A stretch of 64,000 bases of DNA. Origin: Vulcanimicrobiota bacterium. Lineage in GTDB: Bacteria; Vulcanimicrobiota; Vulcanimicrobiia; Vulcanimicrobiales; Vulcanimicrobiaceae. The translations under genes were made by a program, and so were the position numbers. The DNA is taken from positions 32,001 to 96,000 of the forward strand of contig CAWHWQ010000005.1 in the NCBI GenBank assembly GCA_963833095.1. The letters run 5' to 3'. The notes under the pieces are model-generated. The model was not told the origin of the DNA. It did no database searches and saw only the letters and a list, made by a program, of their open reading frames with translations. Below are positions 19,991 through 29,740 of the stretch, one piece after another (position 1 is the first letter of the stretch; every line of letters starts with the position of its first letter).

Positions 19991-20644
19991 ATGTGGCTCT
20001 TCGATCCCGCGTCAATTCAGGCGCAGACGCTTCGTGGAGACTGGGAGTTTTTTCTGGGCGTCGCGGCGATTGTCGCGGTCGTCATGTTCGCGTTGATTCT
20101 GGTTCCGCTCGCGCTGTGGAGGCGCAAGGGAGAATCGTTACCGCCGCAATTCAACAAGAATCAGCCGATGTCGGTGTTGTACATCCTCGTCCCGTGCGTG
20201 ATCGTGGCCGGCCTCTTCTACGTCACGTTCGTAAGCGAACGAAACGTCGACGCGCTTGCGCCCAAGCCCGACGTCGCCGTCGACGTTACGGGATTTCGGT
20301 GGTCGTGGCGGTTCGACTACCCAAGCGCCGGCATCTCGATCGTCGGCACTCCGCAAGCACCACCGACGCTCGTGCTTCCGGTCGAACAAACGACTCAGAT
20401 CAATTTGACGTCCTCGGACGTCATTCACGGCTTTTGGGTTCCGGCTTTCCTTTTCAAGCGTGACGCAATCCCAGGCATGACCAACCGCTTCGATCTCACG
20501 CCGACCGAAATCGGTGTCTTTCGAGGAGTTTGCTCGCAGTTTTGCGGCCTGGATCATGCGCACATGACGTTTCGAGATCGATGTCGTCTCAGAAGACTGC
20601 ATATCCGGCGCTGGATCGCAGGGAAGGGAACGGGCGTTCCGTGA
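19991..20644 (+). CDS. ctaC: Cytochrome c oxidase subunit II (CuA; C-terminus probably frameshifted)
   Basis: GFRWSWRFDY, SSDVIHGFWVP, KRDAIPG and CSQFCGLDHAHM motifs. Confidence 0.9.
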   Translation: MWLFDPASIQAQTLRGDWEFFLGVAAIVAVVMFALILVPLALWRRKGESLPPQFNKNQPMSVLYILVPCVIVAGLFYVTFVSERNVDALAPKPDVAVDVTGFRWSWRFDYPSAGISIVGTPQAPPTLVLPVEQTTQINLTSSDVIHGFWVPAFLFKRDAIPGMTNRFDLTPTEIGVFRGVCSQFCGLDHAHMTFRDRCRLRRLHIRRWIAGKGTGVP

Positions 20645-22232
20645 TAACGTGGCTGACGTCAACCGACCATAAAAAGATCGGCATCATGTACATCGTCGTA
20701 ACGTCGTTTTTCTTCGGCGTGGCAGGCGTGCTCGCGATGCTCATTCGAGCGCAGCTGGCAGCGCCCGGGGATGACGTTGCTCGGTCCGCACGCGTACAAC
20801 CAGGTCTTCACGATTCACGGCACAGCGATGATCTTTCTTTTCGTTGCGCCGTTCGGACTCGGTCTTGCGAACTTTCTGATCCCGTTGCAGATCGGCGCGC
20901 CCGACATGGCTTTTCCGCGGCTCAACGCCACGGCGCTGTGGCTCTTCGTTTTCGGCGGCCTGACGGTGTTCTGCGGCGCGATTAGCTTCCGGAGGCGCGG
21001 CGGCGTCTGGCTGGACCGCGTACGCACCGCTCTCGGAGGTACGCATCGGCGCAGGGAGCGGTCAGGATCTGTGGATCATCGGACTTGCGATGACGTCGAT
21101 CTCCTCGATTCTCACCGCCATCAACATCCTGGCGACGGTCTTCTTTTTCGCGCGCCGGGGATGACGATGTGGCGCATCCCGATCTTCTCCTGGGAAATGG
21201 TGGCGACGTCGCTGCTCATCTTAATGGCGTTTCCGTCGCTCTCGGCCGTCTTCGCGATGCTCTTGATCGACCGGCATTTCGGCGGCCATTTCTTCGACCC
21301 GGCGTACGGCGGAAACCCGATCCTCTACCAGCACTTGTTTTGGTTCTTCGGGCATCCCGAAGTCTACGTGATGATTCTTGCCATACTTTGGGGTCATCAC
21401 CGAGATCATCGCGACGTTTTCGCGCAAGCCGGTCTTCGGGTACGTCGAATTGGTGCTCTCCGCGTTTGCGATCGCGGGTCTTTCGATGGGCGTCTGGGCC
21501 CACCACATGTTTACGACCGGCGCGGTGACCAATCTCTTCTTCTCCGCTATGTCGTTTCTCATCGCCGTTCCGACCGGCGTGAAGTTCTTCAACTGGATCG
21601 GCACGATGTGGAAAGGCTCCATTCAACTCGCGACGCCGATGCTCTTCGCGGTCGGCTTCTTGCTGAATTTTTTGATAGGCGGGATCACCGGTGTGATGCT
21701 CGCGTCGCCGCCGATCGACTATGAAGCGCATAACAGCTATTTCTTGGTCGCCCATTTTCACTACATGCTGGGCGGCGGGAGCCTGTTCGCGATATTCGCC
21801 GCACTCTATTTCTGGTTTCCAAAGATTTTCGGGGTCAAATCGAGCGAGCGAGCTCGGCAGATGGGTCTTCGCCGTGCTTTTCGTCGGCTTCAATCTGACG
21901 TTCTTTCCGATGCATCTAATGGGACTGGAGGGCATGACGCGACGCGTCTACACGTATCCGCGATATCGGGAATCTTCCGCTGCTCAACGCGCTTGCGTCG
22001 TCCGGCGCACTGTTGATGGCTATCGGCGTGCTCGCTGTTCTTCGGCGACATCGCCGTATCGGCGCGCAAGCGCGCGCCCGTCGCCGACGACCCGTGGGGC
22101 GGTTACACGCTGGAATGGGCGACGAGTTCTCCGCCGCCCGAGTTCAATTTCACGTCGCTGCCGCCGATCCACTCGGCACGCCCGGTCTTCGATCTGCATC
22201 ATCCGACCGTTGCCGCAAAGACCTCATCGTGA
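20641..22232 (+). CDS. ctaD: Cytochrome c oxidase subunit I, A1 type (several frameshifts)
   Basis: [40 protein letters not shown] and VAHFHY across frames. Confidence 0.9.
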
Positions 22233-22618
22233 AGACGTTCGTTCGTCTGTGGATGTCGTCGGCGACGTTCGGAATCGTGATCGCCGCCGTGTACTATTTC
22301 TGGTCCCATGGGGAATTAGCCGGAACGATTCTCCTCGGAACGATGGCGATCGGGCTTACCTTCGCGGCGGGTTACGCGATCGTTGCCGAGCGCGACGCAA
22401 ACCTTAGCGGCGATCGCGCGGCGGACGATAATCGGGCTGATCGCGGAGAAGACCTCGGCGTGTTCACGACGCGAAGCGCATGGCCGATTCTCTTGGCCTT
22501 CTGCGTGCTCGTCGTGCTTGTCGGTGCGCTCTGGGTACCGTTCCTGCTCTTTGCCGGGATCGCCGCAATGCTGCTGATTCTATGGCGCCTCGGAGGCGAG
22601 AGCAGTCGCACTGGATGA
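22229..22618 (+). CDS. ctaF: Actinobacterial-type cytochrome c oxidase subunit IV
   Basis: GTG overlaps the ctaD stop; [15 protein letters not shown] and [18 protein letters not shown]; small multi-TM protein. Confidence 0.7.
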   Translation: MKTFVRLWMSSATFGIVIAAVYYFWSHGELAGTILLGTMAIGLTFAAGYAIVAERDANLSGDRAADDNRADRGEDLGVFTTRSAWPILLAFCVLVVLVGALWVPFLLFAGIAAMLLILWRLGGESSRTG

Positions 22619-23713
22619 CCGCGTCGCAATCGGCGCAGCGAACAACGCGAGTTCGCGGTCGATCTCGGTTGCACCGCACAAAACTTCGAACGAGACCTCG
22701 TACAAACGGCGTTCTCCCGGCTCGAGCATCGGGAGCGTTCCACGCTTGGCGGCCTCGAGCCGTCCCTCGATCGTCGGGCAATTTGCCGGCTCGATTCCCA
22801 TGACGTAGGTGTTCACGCCGAGCATGCGCCAGGTAAAGAGCGCCGGCAGTTGCTTTGAATCGTAGCGGATGACGAGGGCCACGCCGCGCCCTTCGTCGAG
22901 CGTTCGATTGATCATCGCGGCTCGGGCAAAACCGTCGTCACATGCGAGCGGCTCGTGGATGAAGACCTGTTCGGCGAAAAGCGCGTCGGGTTCGCCGCCG
23001 CGGTTCCAGCACGTCATCCCGCGATCCGCCTGCTGGTCGCGTGGGCGCAGCGACCGATGGGAAACCTCGAGCATGGAACCGGTATCGAGAAGCGGGAAAC
23101 CCATGTTGCAGTGATAGAGCAGCATGTGCGGCCGGCGCGTGCCGCCGTTGTTGGTGACGATATCGCGCAGAGACAGCTTGTTTGCACCAAGCTCGACACG
23201 CAAAGTGCGTTCAAGCACCAAATTCTCACCGAACATCCGCGCTTCGGAGATGGTTCCGGAAATTTCGAAGGTGCACGAGTCGCCGTCCCAGACCGTCTGC
23301 GCGGCCACTTGCTCGGCGGGGAGGTGATTGATCCGGCCGTGCATTCCGAATTCTCCGTACACATCGACGCCGCCCGGCCCAAAATTTCCCAGTCCGCACG
23401 TCGTGAAGAGGCCGCCGAAAAAATTTTGCGCGAAATGCTCGTTCCCCGGCTGATAGTACGTTGGAGCGGCGATGCCGCCCGGGCCGTGCCAAACGAGCGG
23501 TATTCCGCGAAACTCGAGAGAGCATACGTCAAGCGCGCGATCGGCTAGGCTCGTGAATCGCAATCCGGCACCGCTGCAGACGTCGAATGCCCGAACACCG
23601 AGTGCGCGTCCGTCACCGAAGGTAAACGCCCGAATGCCGCCGAGTTGCTCGGGTCGCCCGATCCGGCGGCCAAGCTCAAGCGCCGAGTACTCGCGCCCGA
23701 ATAGCGTGGGCAA
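22580..23713 (-). CDS. Aldose 1-epimerase family protein (DUF4432-like)
   Basis: FFGGLFTTCGL, GMHGRI, MLLYHCNMGFPLL and VMGIEPAN motifs. Confidence 0.82.
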   Translation of the reverse strand: MPTLFGREYSALELGRRIGRPEQLGGIRAFTFGDGRALGVRAFDVCSGAGLRFTSLADRALDVCSLEFRGIPLVWHGPGGIAAPTYYQPGNEHFAQNFFGGLFTTCGLGNFGPGGVDVYGEFGMHGRINHLPAEQVAAQTVWDGDSCTFEISGTISEARMFGENLVLERTLRVELGANKLSLRDIVTNNGGTRRPHMLLYHCNMGFPLLDTGSMLEVSHRSLRPRDQQADRGMTCWNRGGEPDALFAEQVFIHEPLACDDGFARAAMINRTLDEGRGVALVIRYDSKQLPALFTWRMLGVNTYVMGIEPANCPTIEGRLEAAKRGTLPMLEPGERRLYEVSFEVLCGATEIDRELALFAAPIATRSSSATALASEAP

Positions 23714-23716
23714 GAT

Positions 23717-24385
23717 CTAGAACTCCCACAGTGCGGCACGCGTCCACGCGCCGCTGCATCCGCGAAGTTTCACCGGTGCCGCCACGAATAATCGCTTACG
23801 ACCGTCCATGACCTCGTCTGGAAAGTAGAGCTCTTCCACGATGAACTTGCCGTTGCCAAGCATCACCTTGTGCGCCGGCGCGGCTTTAGCCGGGTCTTTG
23901 TATCCGCCCATGCTTACCGCGTCGATTCCCACGCCTTTGACCCCGCGGTCGACCAGATATTGCGCCGCCTCGCCGCCGAGATAGACGTACTTCGTGAGAA
24001 ACTCCGCCGTGTTCGCGCGTTTGTGTCCAAAGCCGGTATTGAGCAGAACGATATCTCCTTGCGCGATACGCTCGCCAAAGCGTTCGACGTCAGCGCGCTC
24101 GATCGCGGAACCCGGTGGTTTGTTGCGCAGGTCGAGAATCGTCGCCGGACCGACGTACGTCTCGAGCGGCATCTCATCGATGGTTTTTCCATCCTCGAAG
24201 AAATGATATGGTGCGTCGCAATGCGTGCCGGTATGGGTGCTGATCTCGACGATCTCTTTATTGACGCCCTGGACCGCCAACATATACAACAGACGAATCT
24301 GGGCCGGCCGCGGATTCTCGTCGGGGTACTGTGGGCAATTCGTAAATACCGGCTGACTCAGATCGTAGATGCGCTTTGGAATCAT
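23717..24385 (-). CDS. Cyclase/kynurenine formamidase family metal hydrolase
   Basis: YDLSQ, STHTGTHCDAPYHF and VKGVGIDA motifs. Confidence 0.88.
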   Translation of the reverse strand: MIPKRIYDLSQPVFTNCPQYPDENPRPAQIRLLYMLAVQGVNKEIVEISTHTGTHCDAPYHFFEDGKTIDEMPLETYVGPATILDLRNKPPGSAIERADVERFGERIAQGDIVLLNTGFGHKRANTAEFLTKYVYLGGEAAQYLVDRGVKGVGIDAVSMGGYKDPAKAAPAHKVMLGNGKFIVEELYFPDEVMDGRKRLFVAAPVKLRGCSGAWTRAALWEF

Positions 24386-25242
24386 GCTGCACTTTCATCC
24401 CAGAGCCGTACGAAGGCGGCGATGTTGCGATCGATCACTTCGTCAAGATCGGCGCGCCAGATCGAGTCCGGCAGCGATTCATCCGAGAATATTTCTAAGA
24501 CGTAGGGGCCCGCATAGCCCGCTTCGCGGGATGCTTTTATAATCGCGGCGTTGGCGATCGTCCCGTCGCCCAGACTTATGCGATCGGCTCTCGATCGGGG
24601 CCGGTGCCAATCGCTCACCTGCACCAGGAAAATGCGCTCGCCGGACGCTTGGATGACCTCGTACAGGTTCGGCGTTTGGAAAATGTTCCACGTGTCCAAG
24701 CAGATGCCGAGCGCAGGATGATCGACGCGCCGCACCAGTTCGAGCGCCTGGTCCAAGCCCCACAGCGCCGTGTCGGTATTGAAAAGCACCGGGTTGAGCG
24801 GCTCGTAGGCCATGCGCACACCCCGTTCGGCAGCAAAGTTCGCCAAGTCGGCAAACGCCGTCAGCGCTTTGTCGTACACCATGCGGGTGTTCCCGCCGGG
24901 CGCCGCGCCGGTTATCACGACGAAGGGGACCTGCGCGGGCACGTGCGGCGCAATACGCTCGATGGCTGACTTCATGTGCCGGATTCGGTCGTCCGGATCG
25001 GACGGAGACGGTGCCAAGCTATCCGGAAAAAGCGAATGCACCGTCGACTGCACCGAACTCACCCCCAGCCCGGATCGCGCGATGCTTCGAAGTTGCGGAC
25101 GGTAATCGTCTCGGTTCAGTTTGAACTCGCAGACTTCGATCGTGTCGACGCCGTGAGCCGCATACCGCTCGACGTCTCGCTCGAAGGACCACGGCCACGT
25201 GGTAAATTCGCTGATTCCGAAGCGATTGAGTTGGTCGTTCAT
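24382..25242 (-). CDS. Sugar phosphate isomerase/epimerase (IolE/XylA TIM barrel)
   Basis: AYEPLNP, ICLDTWN, VQVSDW and YVLEIFS motifs. Confidence 0.82.
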   Translation of the reverse strand: MNDQLNRFGISEFTTWPWSFERDVERYAAHGVDTIEVCEFKLNRDDYRPQLRSIARSGLGVSSVQSTVHSLFPDSLAPSPSDPDDRIRHMKSAIERIAPHVPAQVPFVVITGAAPGGNTRMVYDKALTAFADLANFAAERGVRMAYEPLNPVLFNTDTALWGLDQALELVRRVDHPALGICLDTWNIFQTPNLYEVIQASGERIFLVQVSDWHRPRSRADRISLGDGTIANAAIIKASREAGYAGPYVLEIFSDESLPDSIWRADLDEVIDRNIAAFVRLWDESAA

Positions 25243-25244
25243 AA

Positions 25245-27662
25245 TCAGATCTCTTGACGAAGCTCGATTACGCAGAAGCCTTTTCCGCCGAGTTCGACGG
25301 CTATGCCGCGCCGAAGCGCTGCGCTTTCCAGAACCTTGCCGCTTACCCAAGCTCTTCGCAGGCTATTAAAGGCCTTGACCGAGTACGAGCCGCTCAGCGG
25401 AAGGTCCAGTGTTACCGCCGTCGCGAGCGTGTGTGCACTCGTGTTTCCGACGAACAGCACGATATCGTCGCCCTTTCGCAGCGCAATGCTCGCGACCGCG
25501 TCGCCGATCGTATGCACAAATCTCGACACGTCGGTTTCATATTCGATGCTCGTGGTCGAGCGATCGAACTGAAAATTCCCGTACATTTGAAGTTCGGGAA
25601 GCCGCGCGGCGAACCAGGTGAGGTTTTTGCCGCGAAAAGGTACGTTCGAGACGCCCATCCACTGCCACTCGGGTGCCAGGCTCGGGTTAACCGTTGGCGT
25701 ACCGCTCGAAATATCCAATCCCGCCGCACCTTCGATCGCCGCCCATAAGTAGCGCGGTGGAAACCAGGGCGAGAGCATCATGCCCTGATTGACGAGCGTT
25801 TCACCGTGAAGCCACTCCGAGAACTGACCCGGCACCGTGTTGTTGCGGCGCGGATCGCTCGAGTAATGCTCAAAGCTGGCGCCAAGCGAATGCGCCATGA
25901 GCGCTGGATTGAAGCGTGCTGCGGCAACGGCGTACCAAAAGCTCACTCCCACCCACACGCCGCCGAGTAATCCGTACCCATGCGTCGGCCCGTAGTTGAC
26001 GGCCGTCCGCGGCACCGTGCGAATCCCGGCGGCCGTCCAGAAATCTTCGTTGCTAAGGCGGGCGATGATCCGCGCGGCGACCTCGTCGTCGGCAACACCA
26101 AACATAACAGGGAAGACCATATCGGCCGTGCAGTCGCTGTGCTTGGATCCGTCTAAGGCGATGTTGAGGTAGTAGAGCTTCGTCGCCGGATCCAAGAGAT
26201 GCTCGTTGATCGCCTCGCGCAAGGATTCCGCGGATTTCTTGAACGCGGAAGCGTCGTCGTGTTTCTTGAGAACGCGTGCCATGTGCGAGATCGTTTGCAA
26301 CGCCGCGTAGCACTCAGAGTTGACCTCGGTCGTCGCGCCCGACAAGCGGTAATTCGCGATGACGTTGCGCCAGCCGACGATTCCCCAATCTGAGGTTCCC
26401 GTGGCCGTGCACCACACCAGCCCTTGTTTGTTGCGCTGCGAAAGGATATAGCGAGCCGCCTTGATCGCGCGCGGATACACGTGCTTGAGGAACGCTATGT
26501 CGCCGGAGACGTTGTAATGGTGCCACATGGCTAAGATCAGCAGCGGCGTGTTGTCGTTGATGTTCAGCTTGTAGTCCGCAGTTTTTCCGGTTCGGATATC
26601 GTAATATTCTACGACCATACCGGACCTTTCGAGGTGATCCGTATACCAAAGCAGCGAATCTCGACAGAACTCCGGAGTGATGTAGTCGGCGCCGTACGCG
26701 AACCACGCGGTGTCGCGTCCCACGCTATTATTCGAGCGTGTCGGATCGTTTACAAAGCACCACCCCGTCGGCGCAAGCGATTGCGTTCGCAGTATGTTCG
26801 CTTTCGCCCAGAGCACGCCACGGTTCACGTTCTCGTCCGGGCAGATCACGACGGCCCGGTCCAGGATCTCGTTGTAATAATCACGCGTTCGTTTCAGCGC
26901 CGCATCCGCGGGCGGACACTTGGCGTAGGTGCGCTGGGCTCCGGCTTTTCCATGATTCGAAAAGGACAGAATCAAGTGAAAACGCGCGAACTCGCCGGGC
27001 TTGAGTAGATGCAAGAAGTGCAGCGCGGCCATCGGATCGCCGTCCGATTCAACCGTCGTATCGCTCAACATACCGGGAGACGCAGGCCCGTTCTCGATAC
27101 CGTTCCCGGCCGTTACTTCGTAGCTCGTCGGCTCGACGTCCGAGCCGATTATCCGCGCGAGCGCTTCATTCTCTCGGTTCCAGGCCACGATCGCGCGATG
27201 CTTGCTGCTATACTTGCTGGCAATGCCGCGTGGCGTGTTGCCGCGCAGCTGCGCAAACGCGTACGTACTGATCTCCACCGTATCCTGGGTATCGTTGAAC
27301 AACTCGATATGATAGTAGCCGGCGGGAGGATCGACGTTCTTTCCGATGGGTTTTCCGCTCAAGACGAACAGGTCTTCATGCACGCGAACGCCGTTGGAAA
27401 GATGGAAGAGATGCTCTTGATGTTCAGGATGAATGCGGAACGTACCGGGCATCGCGGATAGCGGCGTTCCGGTGCGATGGTCCCGGTGGTTGAGCAGGAC
27501 GGTTCCGAACATCTCCAGACCAATATCGGTGGAGTAGAACTTTTCGATCGCGCCGGTCGCCTTGATGATCATCGTCGCTTTGGGCGAGCCGAGCGTGCTG
27601 CCGGCGGCCATCTGCGTATCGGAGACGTCGTACCGCGAGATTTTATCGTTGACGCCCGGCAC
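25245..27662 (-). CDS. Six-hairpin glycoside hydrolase (amylo-alpha-1,6-glucosidase/GH63-like)
   Basis: 805 aa; VGRDTAWF, DNTPLLILAMWHHY and GQFSEW motifs; exact GH family uncertain. Confidence 0.7.
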   Translation of the reverse strand: MPGVNDKISRYDVSDTQMAAGSTLGSPKATMIIKATGAIEKFYSTDIGLEMFGTVLLNHRDHRTGTPLSAMPGTFRIHPEHQEHLFHLSNGVRVHEDLFVLSGKPIGKNVDPPAGYYHIELFNDTQDTVEISTYAFAQLRGNTPRGIASKYSSKHRAIVAWNRENEALARIIGSDVEPTSYEVTAGNGIENGPASPGMLSDTTVESDGDPMAALHFLHLLKPGEFARFHLILSFSNHGKAGAQRTYAKCPPADAALKRTRDYYNEILDRAVVICPDENVNRGVLWAKANILRTQSLAPTGWCFVNDPTRSNNSVGRDTAWFAYGADYITPEFCRDSLLWYTDHLERSGMVVEYYDIRTGKTADYKLNINDNTPLLILAMWHHYNVSGDIAFLKHVYPRAIKAARYILSQRNKQGLVWCTATGTSDWGIVGWRNVIANYRLSGATTEVNSECYAALQTISHMARVLKKHDDASAFKKSAESLREAINEHLLDPATKLYYLNIALDGSKHSDCTADMVFPVMFGVADDEVAARIIARLSNEDFWTAAGIRTVPRTAVNYGPTHGYGLLGGVWVGVSFWYAVAAARFNPALMAHSLGASFEHYSSDPRRNNTVPGQFSEWLHGETLVNQGMMLSPWFPPRYLWAAIEGAAGLDISSGTPTVNPSLAPEWQWMGVSNVPFRGKNLTWFAARLPELQMYGNFQFDRSTTSIEYETDVSRFVHTIGDAVASIALRKGDDIVLFVGNTSAHTLATAVTLDLPLSGSYSVKAFNSLRRAWVSGKVLESAALRRGIAVELGGKGFCVIELRQEI

Positions 27663-27684
27663 GTGAGTGATCGAGCGGCACAGG

Positions 27685-28455
27685 CTAAAGACTTCCGGCT
27701 TGTTTGGTCATCCCGCCGTCGATCACGTACGAGGCGCCCGTAATATACGCGCCCGACGCAGAAGCAAGGAAAACGCACAGCCCGGCAATTTCTTCGGGCT
27801 TCGCCATTCGCCGCAACGGAATCTCCGAGAGCAGATCGGTGTACTCTTGGCGGTCGCTTTTGAGACCCGCGTCCATCGGCGTGTCGACGGCACCCGGGCA
27901 GACGTCGTTTACCGTGATTCCGTATTCGGCGAGTTCGAGCGCGATGGTTCGCATCAACATACGAACCCCGCCCTTCGACGCGCAATACGGCGCGTTCGTC
28001 GGCATCGCGAGCTCCTCGTGGATCGAAGAGATATTGATGATCCGGCCTCCGCGCTTTTGCTTGACCATTTGCTCGAGCGACGGCTTGCGAACAGAGCCAC
28101 GCGCCGGTGAGGTTGATTGCAATGACTTTGTTCCATACGTCGAGCGGAGTCTCGAGGAAAGGCTGTTTTTGCTCGATCCCTGCGTTGTTGATCAAGATGT
28201 CGACCCCGCCGAAGTGCTTTACCGCCTTTACGGTCAGCGCCGCGACCTCGTCTTCCTTGCTGATGTCGGCGGCCACGGCGTATGCCTTTCCGCCGAAATT
28301 TTGAATTTCGTCGACGACTTCTATCGCGGGCTGCTCGTCTCCGAAGTAGTCGACGATCACACTTGCGCCCTCGCGCGCGAGCGCGAGCGAGATCGCCTTA
28401 CCGATGCCGCTGTCGCCGCCGGTCACGATTGCGACCTTACCGGCATAGCTCGCAT
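27685..28455 (-). CDS. Glucose 1-dehydrogenase-like SDR (frameshifted)
   Basis: KVAIVTGGDSGIG, INNAGI, NISSIHE and YCASKGG across two frames; GGAGGAG RBS. Confidence 0.8.
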
Positions 28456-28470
28456 GCGCGTTCTCCTCCT

Positions 28471-29740
28471 CTACCGCGACTCGGGACTGACGACGGAAAC
28501 GCCAGCCCAAGGGTCCAATCGAGAGCGACACGAGTTTTACTGCGTAGCGCCGGGAAGCCGCCCCAAATAGTAGGTCCGCCAAATCAGCCAAGCGGCAAAG
28601 CCGGTGACCATCGCTCCTCCGGGAAGCTCGACGACGGCCTCGCGGTCGCCGAGCGAGGCCATCTGCCCAAGCTCCTGATAGGAGAAATTGGCGGTCGATC
28701 GCCCCTGCATCCGCGCTACGATATTGCGAGCCAGAACGGGCCTTCGCGCATCGCGATTTGCGCGAGCGGCGCGTAGGTGCCGCCTTTGGGCCTTGGGACG
28801 GCGGCGCAATCGCCCAGCGCCCAAACGTGCGGCGTCCCGGCCACGACGAAATCCGGTCCGGTCTCGATCGCACCGTGCTTGTTCGTCTTCAAACCGAGGA
28901 TTTCGGCGAGCGGCGACGGCTTTTCGCCGGCCGCCCAGATGACCGTGCCGCTCGCGATATGCTCGCCGCTTTTCAGCTCGACGCCGCGACCGTCGATCGC
29001 ACTTACCTCTTCGTTCAGGCGCAGCTCGGCGCCGCGTTTGCTTAAGCGCCGCTGCCGCGTACTTTCCAAATTTGTCGGGCAAGTGTCCGAGCAGACGCGC
29101 GCCGGACTCCAACACGACCAGCTCGACCTTTGCGCGATCGATGCTCGGGTAGTACTGCAAAATCGAGTGTAAGAATGCAAGCAGTTCGCCCGCGAGTTCG
29201 ACCCCGGTAAAGTTCCCTCCGACCACGACAAATCGCAGGAGACGATCCCGCGCGGCAAGTCGCTCGTCGTGGCCGCGGCCTCCAGCGCGCCGACGACCCG
29301 GCTGCGCACGATCTGCGCGTCCGCGATCGTCTTCAGCGGCACCGCAAACTTCTCGACGCCGGGTACGCCCATGGTCGAGTCGGTCGCACCAACTGCGAGC
29401 ACCAGCTCGTCGTATTCGACGAGCTTCGAATCGTGCGTCAACGGATGGCGCACGGTGACGGTGCGACGCGCCAGATCGACCCCGATCGCTTCTCCCAACT
29501 CGAAGCGCACCGATGCCGTCGGCACGTCGATGGCGCGCGGACTCGCGCAGCGGCTGCATGATGTCGTCGCGCGTCGATGGACCCGGCGGCGACCTCAGGA
29601 AGCATCGGCGTAAAGAGCATGAAGTTTTGCCGGCTCACCAGCGTGACGTCAACGGCGCCCTTGCCAATGCGTTCAAGTTCACGGGCCGTCGCAACGCCCG
29701 CAAACCCGCCGCCGAGAATGACGACTCGCTTCCGGGCCAT
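28471..29740 (-). CDS. ndh: Type II NADH dehydrogenase-like NAD(P)/FAD oxidoreductase (frameshifted)
   Basis: VVILGGGFAG, FTPMLPEVAAG, VVVGGNFTGVELAGE, WALGDCA and LGQMASLG fragments. Confidence 0.78.

Noticed and set aside
20520..20570. Defective CuA site (CSQFC instead of CxExC)
   Set aside because: That residue ligates Cu through its backbone carbonyl, and the Cys, His and Met ligands are intact
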